Origin: Trichinella spiralis | Taxonomy: Eukaryota | Assembly: GCF_000181795.1 (NCBI RefSeq) | Contig: NW_003526941.1 | Span: forward strand, 4,949,811-4,990,764 | Direction: 5' to 3' | DNA length: 40,954 bases | In this document: positions 1 to 11,574 of the stretch, one piece after another | Layout: every line of letters starts with the position of its first letter | How positions within the stretch are numbered: position 1 is the first letter of the stretch | Made by a program: the position numbers and the translations under genes | The notes under the pieces: generated by a model | Seen by the model: only the letters and a program-made list of their open reading frames with translations | The model's database searches: none | What the model was told of the DNA's origin: nothing

Positions 1-1582
1 AATTGTTTTCATGAGTCGGAATATTTTGAGATATTTTATATTTGTAAACATTTATTTATTTTCATTTATCGCATAGCTTAATTTCAAGACACACATTTTT
101 TATTGTTTTCATTAATTAAATTATTTTCATTGTACTATTTTAAAAAATGATTTTTTCTTTTATTAAAAACTCTTATTATGTGTTCCTTTTTGATTTTCTT
201 TCCAAAATTCCCAGCTATTATTCTCTTGGTTCACTTTTATTTTGAGGATAATTTGAAATAAAGCGACTCATAATACAATGCATACAAATTTGTAAACACG
301 TAACGAACCGTAATAGGTTGTGCATGGAGAAGATATGCCAAATGGAAAGGCTACAATCAATGGACGAGATGGATGTTAGCATTGATCGGTTGTGGTGACT
401 GAACATTGGAATAGTTTTAATTTTCCGTCAATTATGTGACATTTATTTTTTCTTTGTTAAATATTTTTGATATTTGTTGAACATATTGCTCATTGCTTTT
501 TCAATGTAATTCAATATTTATCGTCACATTATACCTTTTTTCATATTTTATCAATCAGCATGCTTTATTTTCTTTTAATTTTCTTTGATTTTTCAAAGCT
601 GTTCACACTTTGATTTCATTCTTTTGCTCATTTTTTTGATTTTCACTCAAAATTGTTTGCATTATTTTCCTGCAGTTTCTCATGTCGACATCAAGATTCT
701 TCATTACAAAAACGTAATTAATATGTTTTGTTACGACTCTTACAGAGGTAAGAAGCCAGCTTGCCTGCCTTCCTGAATTTCAGTGGATATTTCGCTTCAG
801 AGCGGATCATACACCTTGAACCGCCAAATTCGTAGCCCAAACCAGATCGCGTAAATGCTTCATGGCAGAAAGTGGCATTTGACTCTTGGAGTGGTTGGTG
901 ACTGTGCTCTCGTTGAATCGTAAATAACAATATTGCTGTCATACATTACACTCAATACTACTGTATATTTGATGAACGATCTTAAGATTGCATACTTTTT
1001 GTATTATTACAATTAATGCTTATAATTTGCTGCCGTTTGCGTGCATGTTATTTCCACTTATTTTTCAAATAACGTTAGCATATATGTCAATAAGAAAAGA
1101 CTTGTAGTGAATTTGTTATTTCAAATTGCGCAATTTTACCTTATTTGCATTTAGAATAAATTACGGCTGGTTTTGTTCTTGCACTACTTTGTCATCATTT
1201 GATGATTTTATATTTTCTGTAAAACGTGAGGAAAAACGCATTAATTAATTTAATTTTTGCAGGGCTGACATTTAATTCAGTTAGTATCCCATTAATAAAT
1301 TTGATTTTCCAATTCCACGACAATAAACATTCCCTACCCACCGTACTAAACCGTAACACCATTAAATGTAAAGCCAGGTAAGCGTATACACATCACTCGA
1401 ACATGAATCTGTATGCATTTTTTTGTAAACAAGTCTTTCTGTGCCTGCATTTCTTTTTGTTATGCAAACAAAAATTTTCACGACTGTTAATCTGAAATCA
1501 CACTGAAGGCAATGTACGTAATACAATTTTACAATAATATCAGTTACGTTATTCCTCATTACTAGGTATTATAAATTTTTTG

Positions 1583-1733
1583 AAAAATAAAAATATCTAA
1601 TGAAGCTTTTTTATAGATTAGATGATTTATGATAAATCAGTAGTAGTTTATTTGTGCCCACCATATATATAAATGTATATCATTGGTTTGCTTAAAAATA
1701 GAAATATCTAATGAAGCTTTTTTATAGATTAGA
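1583..1733 (+). repeat. 40-bp direct repeat straddling the left arm boundary (1583-1622 and 1694-1733)
   Basis: AAATATCTAATGAAGCTTTTTTATAGATTAGA is exact at 1591-1622 and 1702-1733. It extends to 40 bp with one mismatch. Confidence 0.9.
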
Positions 1734-4700
1734 AGCCGACGCTTATGGCGAGCTATAGTTGCTAAGCAAACAAGCGGTAAGGCAATGCAAGCATGAAAAT
1801 TTGCATGCTAGCGAGACGCGCCTAACAGTGATGAAATAATTCACCTAACATTTGCTTTGAAAGTAAATTAATAACTTTATTTAATTTACCTTATTTGGGC
1901 TATCCAATTGCTTCTAGATGTGCGGAGCAATATTATCGTTAATATTGGAAAGTTCTATCTCATATCCTGTTGTTTGAACGATTATTCATCAACGGTCGCG
2001 GAGATTGTTTTCTGTGCATAACAAAAAGTAGGCGTACTACATGTTTAACACAATTTTCATGGAAATTTTCATTTACGAAAAGAAAATCAAATATTAATTA
2101 TCAAGTATAACTCATCGATGATCATGCTGTGTATACTTTGATGTTACATCAATTCATAAATTCTAAATTTTGTTTTGAGGTTGATTTGAAATATTTTTAG
2201 TTAGATGGTGTTTTGCAACGTGAGAATAAAAGACGTCCTCAAAGGAAGTCTGACAAGCATCTTCATTTATATTCAGTATGGCCAATCCCATTTATTATGC
2301 AACTCTTCAAAAAATGTATCTCCAAATGATGGGAAGTTGACTATTTTTGTAAGTTACAGTTTTTTTATTGAATGACATTGTAAAAATGCTTGACATAGAT
2401 ATTGAATATATAAGTGCTAAATGATAACTAAGCAATCGGTTCTTTGAAATTAATAAGTTAACTCTGTTGAAAATGGTAATCATTGAAAAGTATAATTATC
2501 GTGCTGATTATTATTGCATGCGAGGCAGCGATCCTGAACTAATAGTTGATAGTTGCTTAATTTAGGTACGATTAACGTTACTGCTCAGCTTCATTTGCGT
2601 AACAGTTTTTTCTGCTTCTTTGCATTGCGTGCTAATATTATTTGAGATATATAGAGACTTTCATCTGTAACGTATTGAGGATTTTGTTGTTGTTCAACAA
2701 TTATTATAGTTTTAATTGCTAATCCATTACCTTATCTTACGTTTTCAAAGCATACATGCATTTGTAGGTCAGCAGAGTATGTTTATGCTAATGTGCAGGA
2801 GAACACTGCCGATGGCATTTTGCTACGTGCACTTTGTGCCATCCAAACCCGGAAGTGATTTTCCTCATATAAATTTCTGTTTATTGAGAGAACTGCACTA
2901 TTATTTAATTATTCGTTGCTGTGGAACGTTCTAATTACTCATTGCATTGCGTTATTTGGTCATTTTGGTGCTTCACTTCAACAAATACGTTGATATTGTG
3001 AAACTGAATATATGATGAATCATGAAACTCAGTTGGAAAAATGTATGGCTCAGGCAGTCCTACTAACAGGTATGAATTTTTACATACTTGCTGTTTTTTT
3101 ATGCTTTGTTTTCGTTCCGTCTTTTCCCACAATTCGCTAAGCATACCCGCTTTTACATCTTGCTGTAATTGTTTAAGTTTAATTTTTTGGATGTAACCTA
3201 ACGCGCTTTTTTCTGTAATGATGTTCAATTAATAATCAATACTTTATTACAGACACGACAATCTCCAGCCATAATATATAGTAGTAATGATATATATATA
3301 GATCTATAATTCTCAATAGTCCTTACAAATGCATTTGTAAAATAGTATTGACATAGTCGTTGAACCACTCACACATTATCCATAATCCCTTCTGTGATAT
3401 TTACTGCTGAGGTAAAATACTTGGCCAACTGTTTAATGGAACTGTCTGTCACCGGGATAGAGAAATCACACCCCTAAATGCTCTAAACTGATCAATTTGC
3501 GAACAGAATTGTTTCAGCATGACATGGGAAAGTTGCTGTTAGCTAGAAAACACAGTTTTAACCACCATTCTTGAAACTTTCAGAATGGCACTAACGTTCA
3601 GTTCATCCTTAAGACCCCATGATGCCATTGTATTACCAATAGCACAGACTTATAGATCCCACTGTTTTTTATCACTGAGAAAATAACTCAATATCTCCAT
3701 TAATGTTGTCATTATTGATAAATGAAGGAACGCCTGATTGTTTTCCGTGAAGGTTGAGTGAAGGATCGTGATTCACATTCTGACAACTTTCACCCCTTCC
3801 ATCCTGCAAGTTCTCCCTCCTTCCTTCCTCTTTTGTTGTCCCTCCCCACAATTTCGAGCTGAATGAACTGCGCTTAGCTGATGTGATCTGATATATAAAC
3901 TACTATCATTTGATATAATATAGTGATATATATATGTGATATCATGAAATCGTGCCTAAGTTTGAAACGTTGCGTTACTCAGTTTTTTTGAGTAAGTATG
4001 TCTCTAATTGCATAAAGCTGTGTTAACTCAGCGCTCAACAAAGTTAACAGTCTTGTAATAAGTTACCATATGAAAGCGGAAAGTTGAATTGAGCTGGCAA
4101 GCAGCATAGCCACTGGCATAACTGTTTGCCATCACACTGCCTACGATGCATCACTCATGAAATTCTGCGCTGAGATAAATTATTTTTCGAGCTATTTTCA
4201 GCTGAAATCATTTTTTTATTATCCATATAATTTTGATTTCAAGAAAATATTGGCAAAATATTATTGTAGCACCTCCTACTTTCAAGCAGCTAAATTCTAT
4301 CAACGCAGTAGAAGCATTTTCAGTTATTTTTAGTAATTTGTAATGCTTTACGTTAATAAATTTTCGTTTCAGCTAATTTTATTAAAATAAATTTGCATAA
4401 TAATGCTCTGTTACGTAATACTGCAATATTGCGTATTAATATGAAGTGTGTAAATAAAAACGTAATAAATTTCATCGTCTCGTTTAGTAACGTTGTTCAT
4501 AAAATTCATTGCACTGCGCTATTACTGATGGTGAATTAGGTTGTTCTTCCGGAGGCAAAGTAAATAGTCATTTGCATAATTTACATATTGTACGTTTAAT
4601 CATAGTACTTCGATTACTTTAGGTTATTCTGTTCACTGGATTGCTGTCCGTCAGGCGCGTTGTCAACTATATTTCCGCTCTTCAAAACGAACCAGGAAAT

Positions 4701-5260
4701 AGTGGTAAGTTGAATTTGATATTTTGGTGGTGGTATGCTATGCATGTTACTTTACTAATTTGGTGAATGGAAACTGACAGGTCTCTTTCTCGTGTTGTTA
4801 TTGCTAACTTTCAGATACATTCAGATGTTGAAGACGAAGAAGTTCGCATTTCTGTTTTTTAGTTTTAAATGACGGCATTAATATAATTTACTTTCAGAAT
4901 TTATATTCATATCAATGATCAAATAGAGACAAATAAACAAAGAGATTCTGAAAAGTAAGTGATTATGGTAACTATGCATTATTATAATTTTGCACGGCTT
5001 TTTGAAATTATCGTGTGAAATTTAGATTGTAGATTTGCTACGCCTTCAACTCCACATCACTTGAATCTTAACTGCAGCGCACAATTAAAACATGTAGATA
5101 ATATCGTAGATCGAGTAGCCTTGATTTGAATATCTGAAAAACTGTATTTCCAATGAAATTAGAAATCTTAAAGTTGCTTCAGATACAGAAGTTGCTCCAA
5201 TTTATATACCACTGTGTTAATTACTTTTCAGAAAATTTCAACTTTTATTATTCATCATGT
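1629..5260 (+). repeat. Left arm (copy A) of a large inverted repeat; reverse complement of ~13151-16811
   Basis: ATGATAAATCAGTAGTAG at 1629 mirrors ...TACTGATTTATCAT ending at 16811. The match is continuous inward. Mirror ORFs 2935-3228(-) and 15211-15504(+) translate almost identically. Confidence 0.95.
4623..5093 (+). pseudogene. Small-exon gene fragment of unknown family in the left arm, frameshifted relative to copy B
   Basis: A run of TTTAG/TTTCAG acceptors and GTAAGT/GTTCGC/GTAGAT donors. Exon 4623-4704 reads VILFTGLLSVRRVVNYISALQNEPGNS. The following exons carry +1 and -5 nt indels relative to copy B. No recognisable homology. Confidence 0.45.
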
Positions 5261-5269
5261 TGCTCAGTT

Positions 5270-6590
5270 TTCTTTATAGGAACATAACAAGCAATAATGC
5301 AGCTATATTACAACTCTATTTATACGTATCGTGCATTTTATTTGAACTGACAATAGAAGTTGCATTTTTTTAATTAGAAAGGTGTTCATGTTCACATCAG
5401 TGTGTTCTATATGTGGCATCTCAAACATCCGTAAGTATTTAACTTGCTCCTGATTGCAGTTGCATACATAAATTGTACACATTTTATTCATGACAGCATT
5501 ACATTGACGTCAAGCGAATACGATGTTTCTTCTGTTGGCACTTTCAGTAAGTTGAAGTTGGTGCATTGACGTTCCCCTGTGGTCCTAGTGTGTTCTTACG
5601 TATCATAAGATAAGAAGGAATTAAATGATTGTAATTGTAGCAGATTACGGTGAGACAGTCGAATTGCGCCGGTATCCGTATAGATGCTATTGGTGAAAGT
5701 TGCCATCAGTGCGTTCCCAGTGTAATATGATAAAAATTAGTAAGTAGTTTTTGTTTTCTGTTGTAACTGTGGATTACGTCGTCTCATTCATTACGTCATT
5801 ACGTACCGATGCCAACCCGTTCACCTGTCCTTCGCCGCCACCCTCCTTTTATATAAATTTTTGCTTCAAATCAGTTTATACAAATTTAAACTAGTTTATA
5901 ACATACATATACAGTTTATACAAACTGATTTTGTTTAAACTATCCTCCAACTCACTTTATATAAACTATCCTTCTCACTGATTTTATGCAAACTATCTTT
6001 CAACTGATTTTACATAAACTATCTTTTAACTAAGTTTATACAAACTATCCTTCCACTCCATAATGATATCAACCATCTTTTAGCTGCGTATACCCGCCTG
6101 CCACGTTTTCTACCACCCTTTCAGAGTGGTATACCCGCCGTCTCAATAACGTTTAACACAAAAAGTAAAAAGGAATTCGGTATTGTTTATGAAAGCAATC
6201 AAATACGTTAAATCATTATAACCAGCATGTCGCTAGGGAATTTTGTTTTTGATAGAAATCGATTACGTCAATATAATGAGAATTTTCGTTAAGTCGCAGT
6301 CGATGCCACTCTCAAATTGCGTTTCCCACAGGTTCTGAAGTTTTTCCTTGTCACACCAGGTAAGGAAGAATTATATCAAGGTTCCACAGCGTCCACAGTG
6401 CTGTGTTGCAAAATTTATTTTTATCTTATCGCTGATTTAATGTTTTTATGTCTGCATGTGAAAATAAGAACCGCATCCTGAATGACCGCCATCGATTAAC
6501 GTAAGTAGTTCTATTTTTCTGCTAATTTATAAACCTATTTAAGGAACAATGAAATGCGCTGTTCATCTTAGATCAATTTTAGATCTGCAT
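5270..6590 (+). repeat. Strongly diverged inner continuation of the left arm
   Basis: Collinear patches match copy B: 5532-5577 vs ~9252-9297; GTTGCCATCAGTGCG...AAATTAGTAAGTAG at ~5699-5747 vs ~9455-9500; AAGGAACAA...TC(A/G)TCTT at ~6541-6569 vs ~9657-9686. Confidence 0.7.
5870..6057 (+). repeat. Minisatellite, 26-27 bp unit (AAACTATCyTyyAACTgAyTTTAyAy)
   Basis: AAACTATC recurs at 5937, 5963, 5990, 6016 and 6042. Degenerate AGTTTATACAAA units lie upstream. Confidence 0.85.
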
Positions 6591-6591
6591 A

Positions 6592-7675
6592 GTACAGGTA
6601 AGTAGCGTCAAAGTGTTTATAGCTGAGAATGCGTACAGGTAAGTTGGGTGCAGGTAAGTACAGTATAGATGTAAGTATATAAACAAACAGTGCAGAGCAC
6701 GTAATTATACATCACGTGTATACATCATCTGGAGATACGCAGAGTGCAGATAAGTCGTGTGCAGGTAAGAAATAGTGTAGTTTTATGTAGAGTACAGATC
6801 AGTATAGTGGGGGGGGGGGAAAAAAAAAATGTTAGTATGGCGTCGAGGTATGTAGAGGGCAGGTAAGTATATAGTAGCGGTAAGAAGAGTGCAGGTATGG
6901 TGGTTAAAGAGGTAAGTAGAGTGCACAGCAGTAGAGTGCAGGTAATTAGAAACAATTTAAGTATAGCGCAGATCTAAGTAGAGCCGGTAGGTATAGGGCT
7001 GATGTATGTCGAGGACCGGCAGGTACAGTAAACAGGTAAGCAAGTATTTGGCGTCCACATTAATTTTCACTGAAGGGAAGTAGGGTACCGTTAGATTTGT
7101 TCTAGGGGTATGCCTTTAGCAGGTAACTATAACGTTTATATGGAGAGAGGGGAGGCATGTACAGATTTATATCTCAGTATTATGCTACTATCCTGGAGCG
7201 TGTCGTGTGGGCAATAAAAAANNNNNNNNNNTTCTGTATCTTCGGTGCATAGATGGTTTGATGCAGCACGTAATTAAACATCTTGTGAATACGATTGTGT
7301 GAGTTTATTGTAGTGTGGTAAATCGTGCAGGTACTGATGTGGTAGAGGCAGTCCGTGCAGAGGTCACTCGAGTGCGAAGATGGATACAGTGCCGAAGCAA
7401 GTGTAGCGCAAACGTACTGTCAGTGATGAGGAAAGTACATTGATTTGAATTTTATTGTTCAGGTAAGCCGAGTGCATAGGCAAGTTTAGTGCTTTAAGTA
7501 GAGTGCAAGTAAGTCTAGTGCGCGTTATCATAGTGCAGAGGCAAATAGAGTGCATGCTAGTAGAGTGCAGAGGTAAGTAGAGTGCAGGTAAGTAGAGTGT
7601 AGAGGTAAGTAGAGTGCAGTAAGTAGAGTGCAGGTAAGTAGAGTGCAGAGGTAAGTACAATGAAGGCAAGTATAG
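6592..7675 (+). repeat. Degenerate tandem array with 15/17-bp unit AGAGTGCAG(AG)GTAAGT, interrupted by a gap and low-quality sequence
   Basis: Cleanest at 7555-7660, with AGGTAAGT at 7571, 7586, 7603, 7632 and 7649. Looser copies run from 6596 onward. It produces the low-complexity ORFs 7364-7836(-). Confidence 0.9.
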
Positions 7676-7720
7676 CGTAATAGCTGTGAATTTTCCTTGA
7701 GGAAGCCCCGAGCGTTGCTT

Positions 7721-7995
7721 GAGGGAAAATAAAAATTTGCATATTGCCCCAAGCGATTAAAAATTTGCATAAAACCTCCCTGAGGGCAAATATTGTGCAA
7801 TATAGTGCCATGGGCATAGCTTGAGGGAATATGCAAATTTTTATTTGCCCTGGGGCATAGCCCGGGGCGAAAGCCTGGGGCTATTTTTTAAAAATTTCGA
7901 AATTTTTGGAATTTTGCCTGAGGCATAGCCTGGGGCGTAGCCTGAGGGCAAATAAAAATTTGCATATTGCCCCCAAGTGATTAAAAATTTGCATA
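7721..7995. repeat. Compact quasi-palindromic element centred at ~7898
   Basis: Perfect 24-bp inverted repeat at 7828-7851 / 7945-7968, with a central 18-bp palindrome AAAAATTTCGAAATTTTT at 7890-7907. A ~50-bp direct repeat lies at 7721-7770 / 7944-7994. GCCNNNGGC units recur at ~12-bp spacing. Confidence 0.9.
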
Positions 7996-8084
7996 TTGCA
8001 TAAAATAGATCGCCTCAGGCATCCGTGTACATTGGTGGCATCAGCCTGTACCTTTTCACTTGTACTTACCTTCANNNNNNNNNN

Positions 8085-10127
8085 CCGTCAGGCGCTTTTG
8101 TCAAATATATTCCCGGTCTTCAAAACGAACAAAGGAAATAGTGGTAAGTTGGATTTGATATTTTGGTGGTGGTATGCTATGCATGTTACTTTACTAATTT
8201 GGTGAATGGAAACTGACAGGTCTCTTTCTCGTGTTGTTATTGCTAACTTTCAGATACATCAAATGTTGAAGACGAAGAAGTTCGCATTTCTGTTTTTTAG
8301 TTTTAAATGACGGCATTAATATAATTCACTTTCAGAATTTATATTATATTCATATCAATGATCAAATAGAGACAAACAAACAAAGAGATTCTGAAAAGTA
8401 AGTGAATATGGTAACTGTGCATTATTATAATTTTGCACGGCTTTTTGAAATTATTGTGTGAAATTTAGATTGTAGATTTGCTACGCCTTCAACTCCACAT
8501 CACTTGAATCTTAACTGCAGCGCACAATTAAAACATGTAGATAATATTGTAGATTGGGTGGCCTTGATTTCAGTAACTTCAAGATTTGAAATTTCATTGG
8601 AAATACAGTTTTTTAGATTTTTCAGATACAGAAGTTGTTTCAATTTATATTACACTGTATTAATTACTTTTTAGAAAATTTCAACTTTCATTATTCATCA
8701 TTATGATCAGCTGTTATGTAAAGTAATAACCAGATTATGAAAAGTATCTGTATGTGGTGACTGTGCATCATAATTTCGCTCTGCTGTTTGTTTGCCATCA
8801 TTTTGATTTCCGGAAACAGATTGTATGTTGGCTACGTCATCAATTCCACATCACTTTAATCCTAGCCATGGCATCATGTAAGTAATAACGTAGATTGGTT
8901 ATGTTTCACTTTAGTAAGTTTGAAGTTTCAATATTACATTGGAAATGTTGCTTTTTAGGTGTACAACTGTGTTTACTGCAATGCAATATCTGGAAAGAGT
9001 CAATGGAAAGGATATTCTGTATATATAACAGTGTTATTTACTTATCAGAAATTTTGTAATCTAATGTTTTATTGAATTAGCGTACGTCATCATAATTGAA
9101 CCGTTTTCTAATTCCTGTCGCTCAGGCCAACATGGTATGTCAAGTTTATATCGATGCGTTTAAATGTGCTATCATAAAAATACGTATGTATAGCTTTTGT
9201 TCATTATAGGAATGCAATGCATCTTCCACTTCCACAAGATATGTCTTCATACTGATGGCGCTCTGCGTCAGTTGCAGTCGGTGTACTGGCATTACCCAGT
9301 AATGATACAGTAATCGGTGTGGTTTCCCTTATTGTAAGTTTGTATAATTGTTAGTTATTGTAAATTTGTTAATTAAATACTTTGTAATAACAGCAGATCG
9401 TGAATACAGATTTGCGCTGGTGTCCGTGTGTATTCTATAAATTTGGTAGTGTGAGTTGCCATCAGTGCGGTTCGAAAGTGATAGACAAATTAGTAAGTAG
9501 CCGTTCTGTTTATTTTGATGAGTGAGAGTGGTCACAATGTCGTGTGGCTTATCAAAGACTAAGAATGTTTAATTGAATGCTTTAGCCTGCAGCTGCAACT
9601 GAATAACCAGCAAATGTAAGAAGTAATTTTTTTGCATATTTGCTTACTTATTAAATAAGGAACAACGATGCACTCTTATTCGTCTTCAATTTTTATAATG
9701 TGGCTGTATTGTATCAGTTTTATTTAACATGCTTTTACATTTCACAACACTGCAAACAAGTTTGTTCAAATTTTAGATGAAATTGGTGCATTCTTTGGTA
9801 ACTAACTATACGTTATTGAACATGCGGTTTTTAAATTTTACACTTTACACAGGGCGAAGGTCTGCCATCAGTTGATGCTCAGTCAGTCAGAAGCAGATCA
9901 GTAAGCATTTGACTTTTGCATGCTGCGTACGTTAATTGTAAAGTTTGCTTCAATTTTTCAGGTACGTTTTGGCAAGAATAGTTTAGATCCAGATTCCGAC
10001 ATTCAGTTGAAGGCAACATGGCTGTTTACTTAGCCTTGTTCCCTATAACGGAATGTTTAAAAATAAGTCTAAGCAGACATTATAGGAAAATGTGAAATTC
10101 GTAAATGTAAAGGTAAGTTCGGTAAGT
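8085..10127 (+). repeat. Additional partial copy (copy B) of the repeat unit, on a gap-bounded contig
   Basis: 8085-8700 directly repeats ~4648-5260. The whole segment is the reverse complement of 11742-13757 with scattered substitutions and indels. N gaps flank it at 8075-8084 and 10139-10148. Confidence 0.9.
8254..8536 (+). CDS. Partial spliced reading frame of unknown family in copy B (exons 8254-8279, 8336-8397, 8476-8536)
   Basis: Three exons with canonical GT-AG borders join in phase: (D)TSNVEDEE-NLYYIHINDQIETNKQRDSE-KFATPSTPHHLNLNCSAQLKH. Start and stop not identified. Confidence 0.4.
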
Positions 10128-10148
10128 AGTGAACTGGGNNNNNNNNNN

Positions 10149-11277
10149 ATTTTTTTACACAGGCAGTCTCTAACTAGAGAAGGAGCAGATCCCCCCGCGC
10201 GTTGCCTCTTTTTTTTATTTTTTGGGGGGTATACCCCCGCCCCCCCCCAATTTCACAGCGGGCCGGGGGGGGGGGTTTAGTAGGAAACCCATTCCTGGGG
10301 GGGGGGGGAGACCCCCCCCCTCCCTAAAAGGGCCAAAAGCCTTCCCTTCCTATTTTTGGTATTCCCCCAATTACCCGCTTGATATAAACCGCGACTCCCA
10401 TGTGGCCAGGGGGGCCGAAATTAAAACCCGCTCCAAATTGGGGGGCCGTGGGTATCTCAATTAACCCCTTGGATCCCAAATTTTTGGAAAATGGGGTTTT
10501 ATAAACCCGAAATTACCTTCCCCCCCCTTCTCTACCAGAAAAGCGCTCCCAGGAAAATATGTTGCCCCCTAAAAGCCAACCATTTCCCAAGTATTCCTCA
10601 CCCTCAAACTTTATACGTTCAACCTTAACCATTTTACGTAATTCCTTCAGGGTCCCCAGGGTTGGGTTAAGGGGTTGTGGATTGGATGCGGTGCCCAACA
10701 TCAAATCTGTCCCGAAAACCAAAATGAGGACAACAAAACAGCAGTGCAAATTTTGATGCACAGTTACCACATACAGATACTTTTCATAATCAGGGTTATT
10801 ACATTACATGAATAATGAAAGTTGAAATTTTTCTGAAAAGTAATTAATAAAGTGTTATATAAATTGAAACAACTTATGTATCTCAAACATCTGAAAAACT
10901 GTATTTCCAATAAAATTTCATATCTTGAAGTTATTCAAATCAAGGCCACCTAATCTAGAATAATATCTACATGTTTTAATTGTGCGCTGCAGTTAAGATT
11001 CAAGTGATGTGGAGCTGAAGGCGTAGCAAATCTACAATCTAAATTTCACTCGATAATTTCAAAAAGCCGTGCAAAATTATAATAATGCATAGTTACCATA
11101 ATCACTTACTTTTCAGAATCTCTTTGTTTGTTTGTCTCTATTTGATCATTGATATGAATATAAATTCTGAAAGTAAATTATATTAATGCCGTCATTTAAA
11201 ACTAAAAAACAGAAATGCGAACTTCTTCGTCTTCAACATTTGATGGATCTGAAAGTTAGCAATTACAACACGAGAAA
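10149..11277 (-). other. Gap-bounded single-read-sized copy of ~12500-13617 with a low-quality left half
   Basis: 10720-11277 is nearly identical to 13063-13617. 10149-10720 is a G/C-homopolymer-rich garbling of the adjacent sequence (GATATAAACCGCGACTCCCATGTGGCCAG vs GATATAAACTTGACATACCATGTTGGCCAG). Confidence 0.8.
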
Positions 11278-11574
11278 NNNNNNNNNNGTGGATTCTCACT
11301 ACACATAATCTCGTTTCAGGTACATTCAAATTGATTAATGATTTGCTTCTTCATAAATGGTACCTAAATCGTACCGCCACTGAATGAAGAGACAATTAAT
11401 TATTCTCGTGTGACTATAAATTAAAATCATTGAAAAAATTGAATGTTATGTGCACTACATCTGATTGAAATTCCACCACTTTGAATCTCCGAATGCTCTA
11501 AATGCTCGTAGCTGTTTCCAGTAAATCTCAATTATACATACCGTAACCTGTTAACTATTGCCCATCTACAAGTT

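Noticed and set aside
300..935. Exon-like patches near the window start
   Set aside because: All frames are interrupted by stops and no family is recognisable. It may be a pseudogene or UTR, but this is unsupported.
1758..1771. RFX/DAF-19 X-box-like GTTGCTAAGCAAAC near the arm end
   Set aside because: The second half-site is imperfect and there is no defined target gene.
6725..7836. Leu/Thr/Tyr/His-rich repetitive ORFs
   Set aside because: Translations of the 15/17-bp satellite.
10090..10135. Spliced-leader RNA gene at ...GTAAATGTAAAG|GTAAGT
   Set aside because: A donor motif is present, but no Sm site, stem-loops or recognisable leader can be supported.
10149..10720. GC-rich island with ORFs 10222-10464, 10513-10770 and 10559-10756 (possible foreign DNA or G-quadruplexes)
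   Set aside because: It is a garbled version of ~12500-13060 next to a gap, typical of a low-quality read end.
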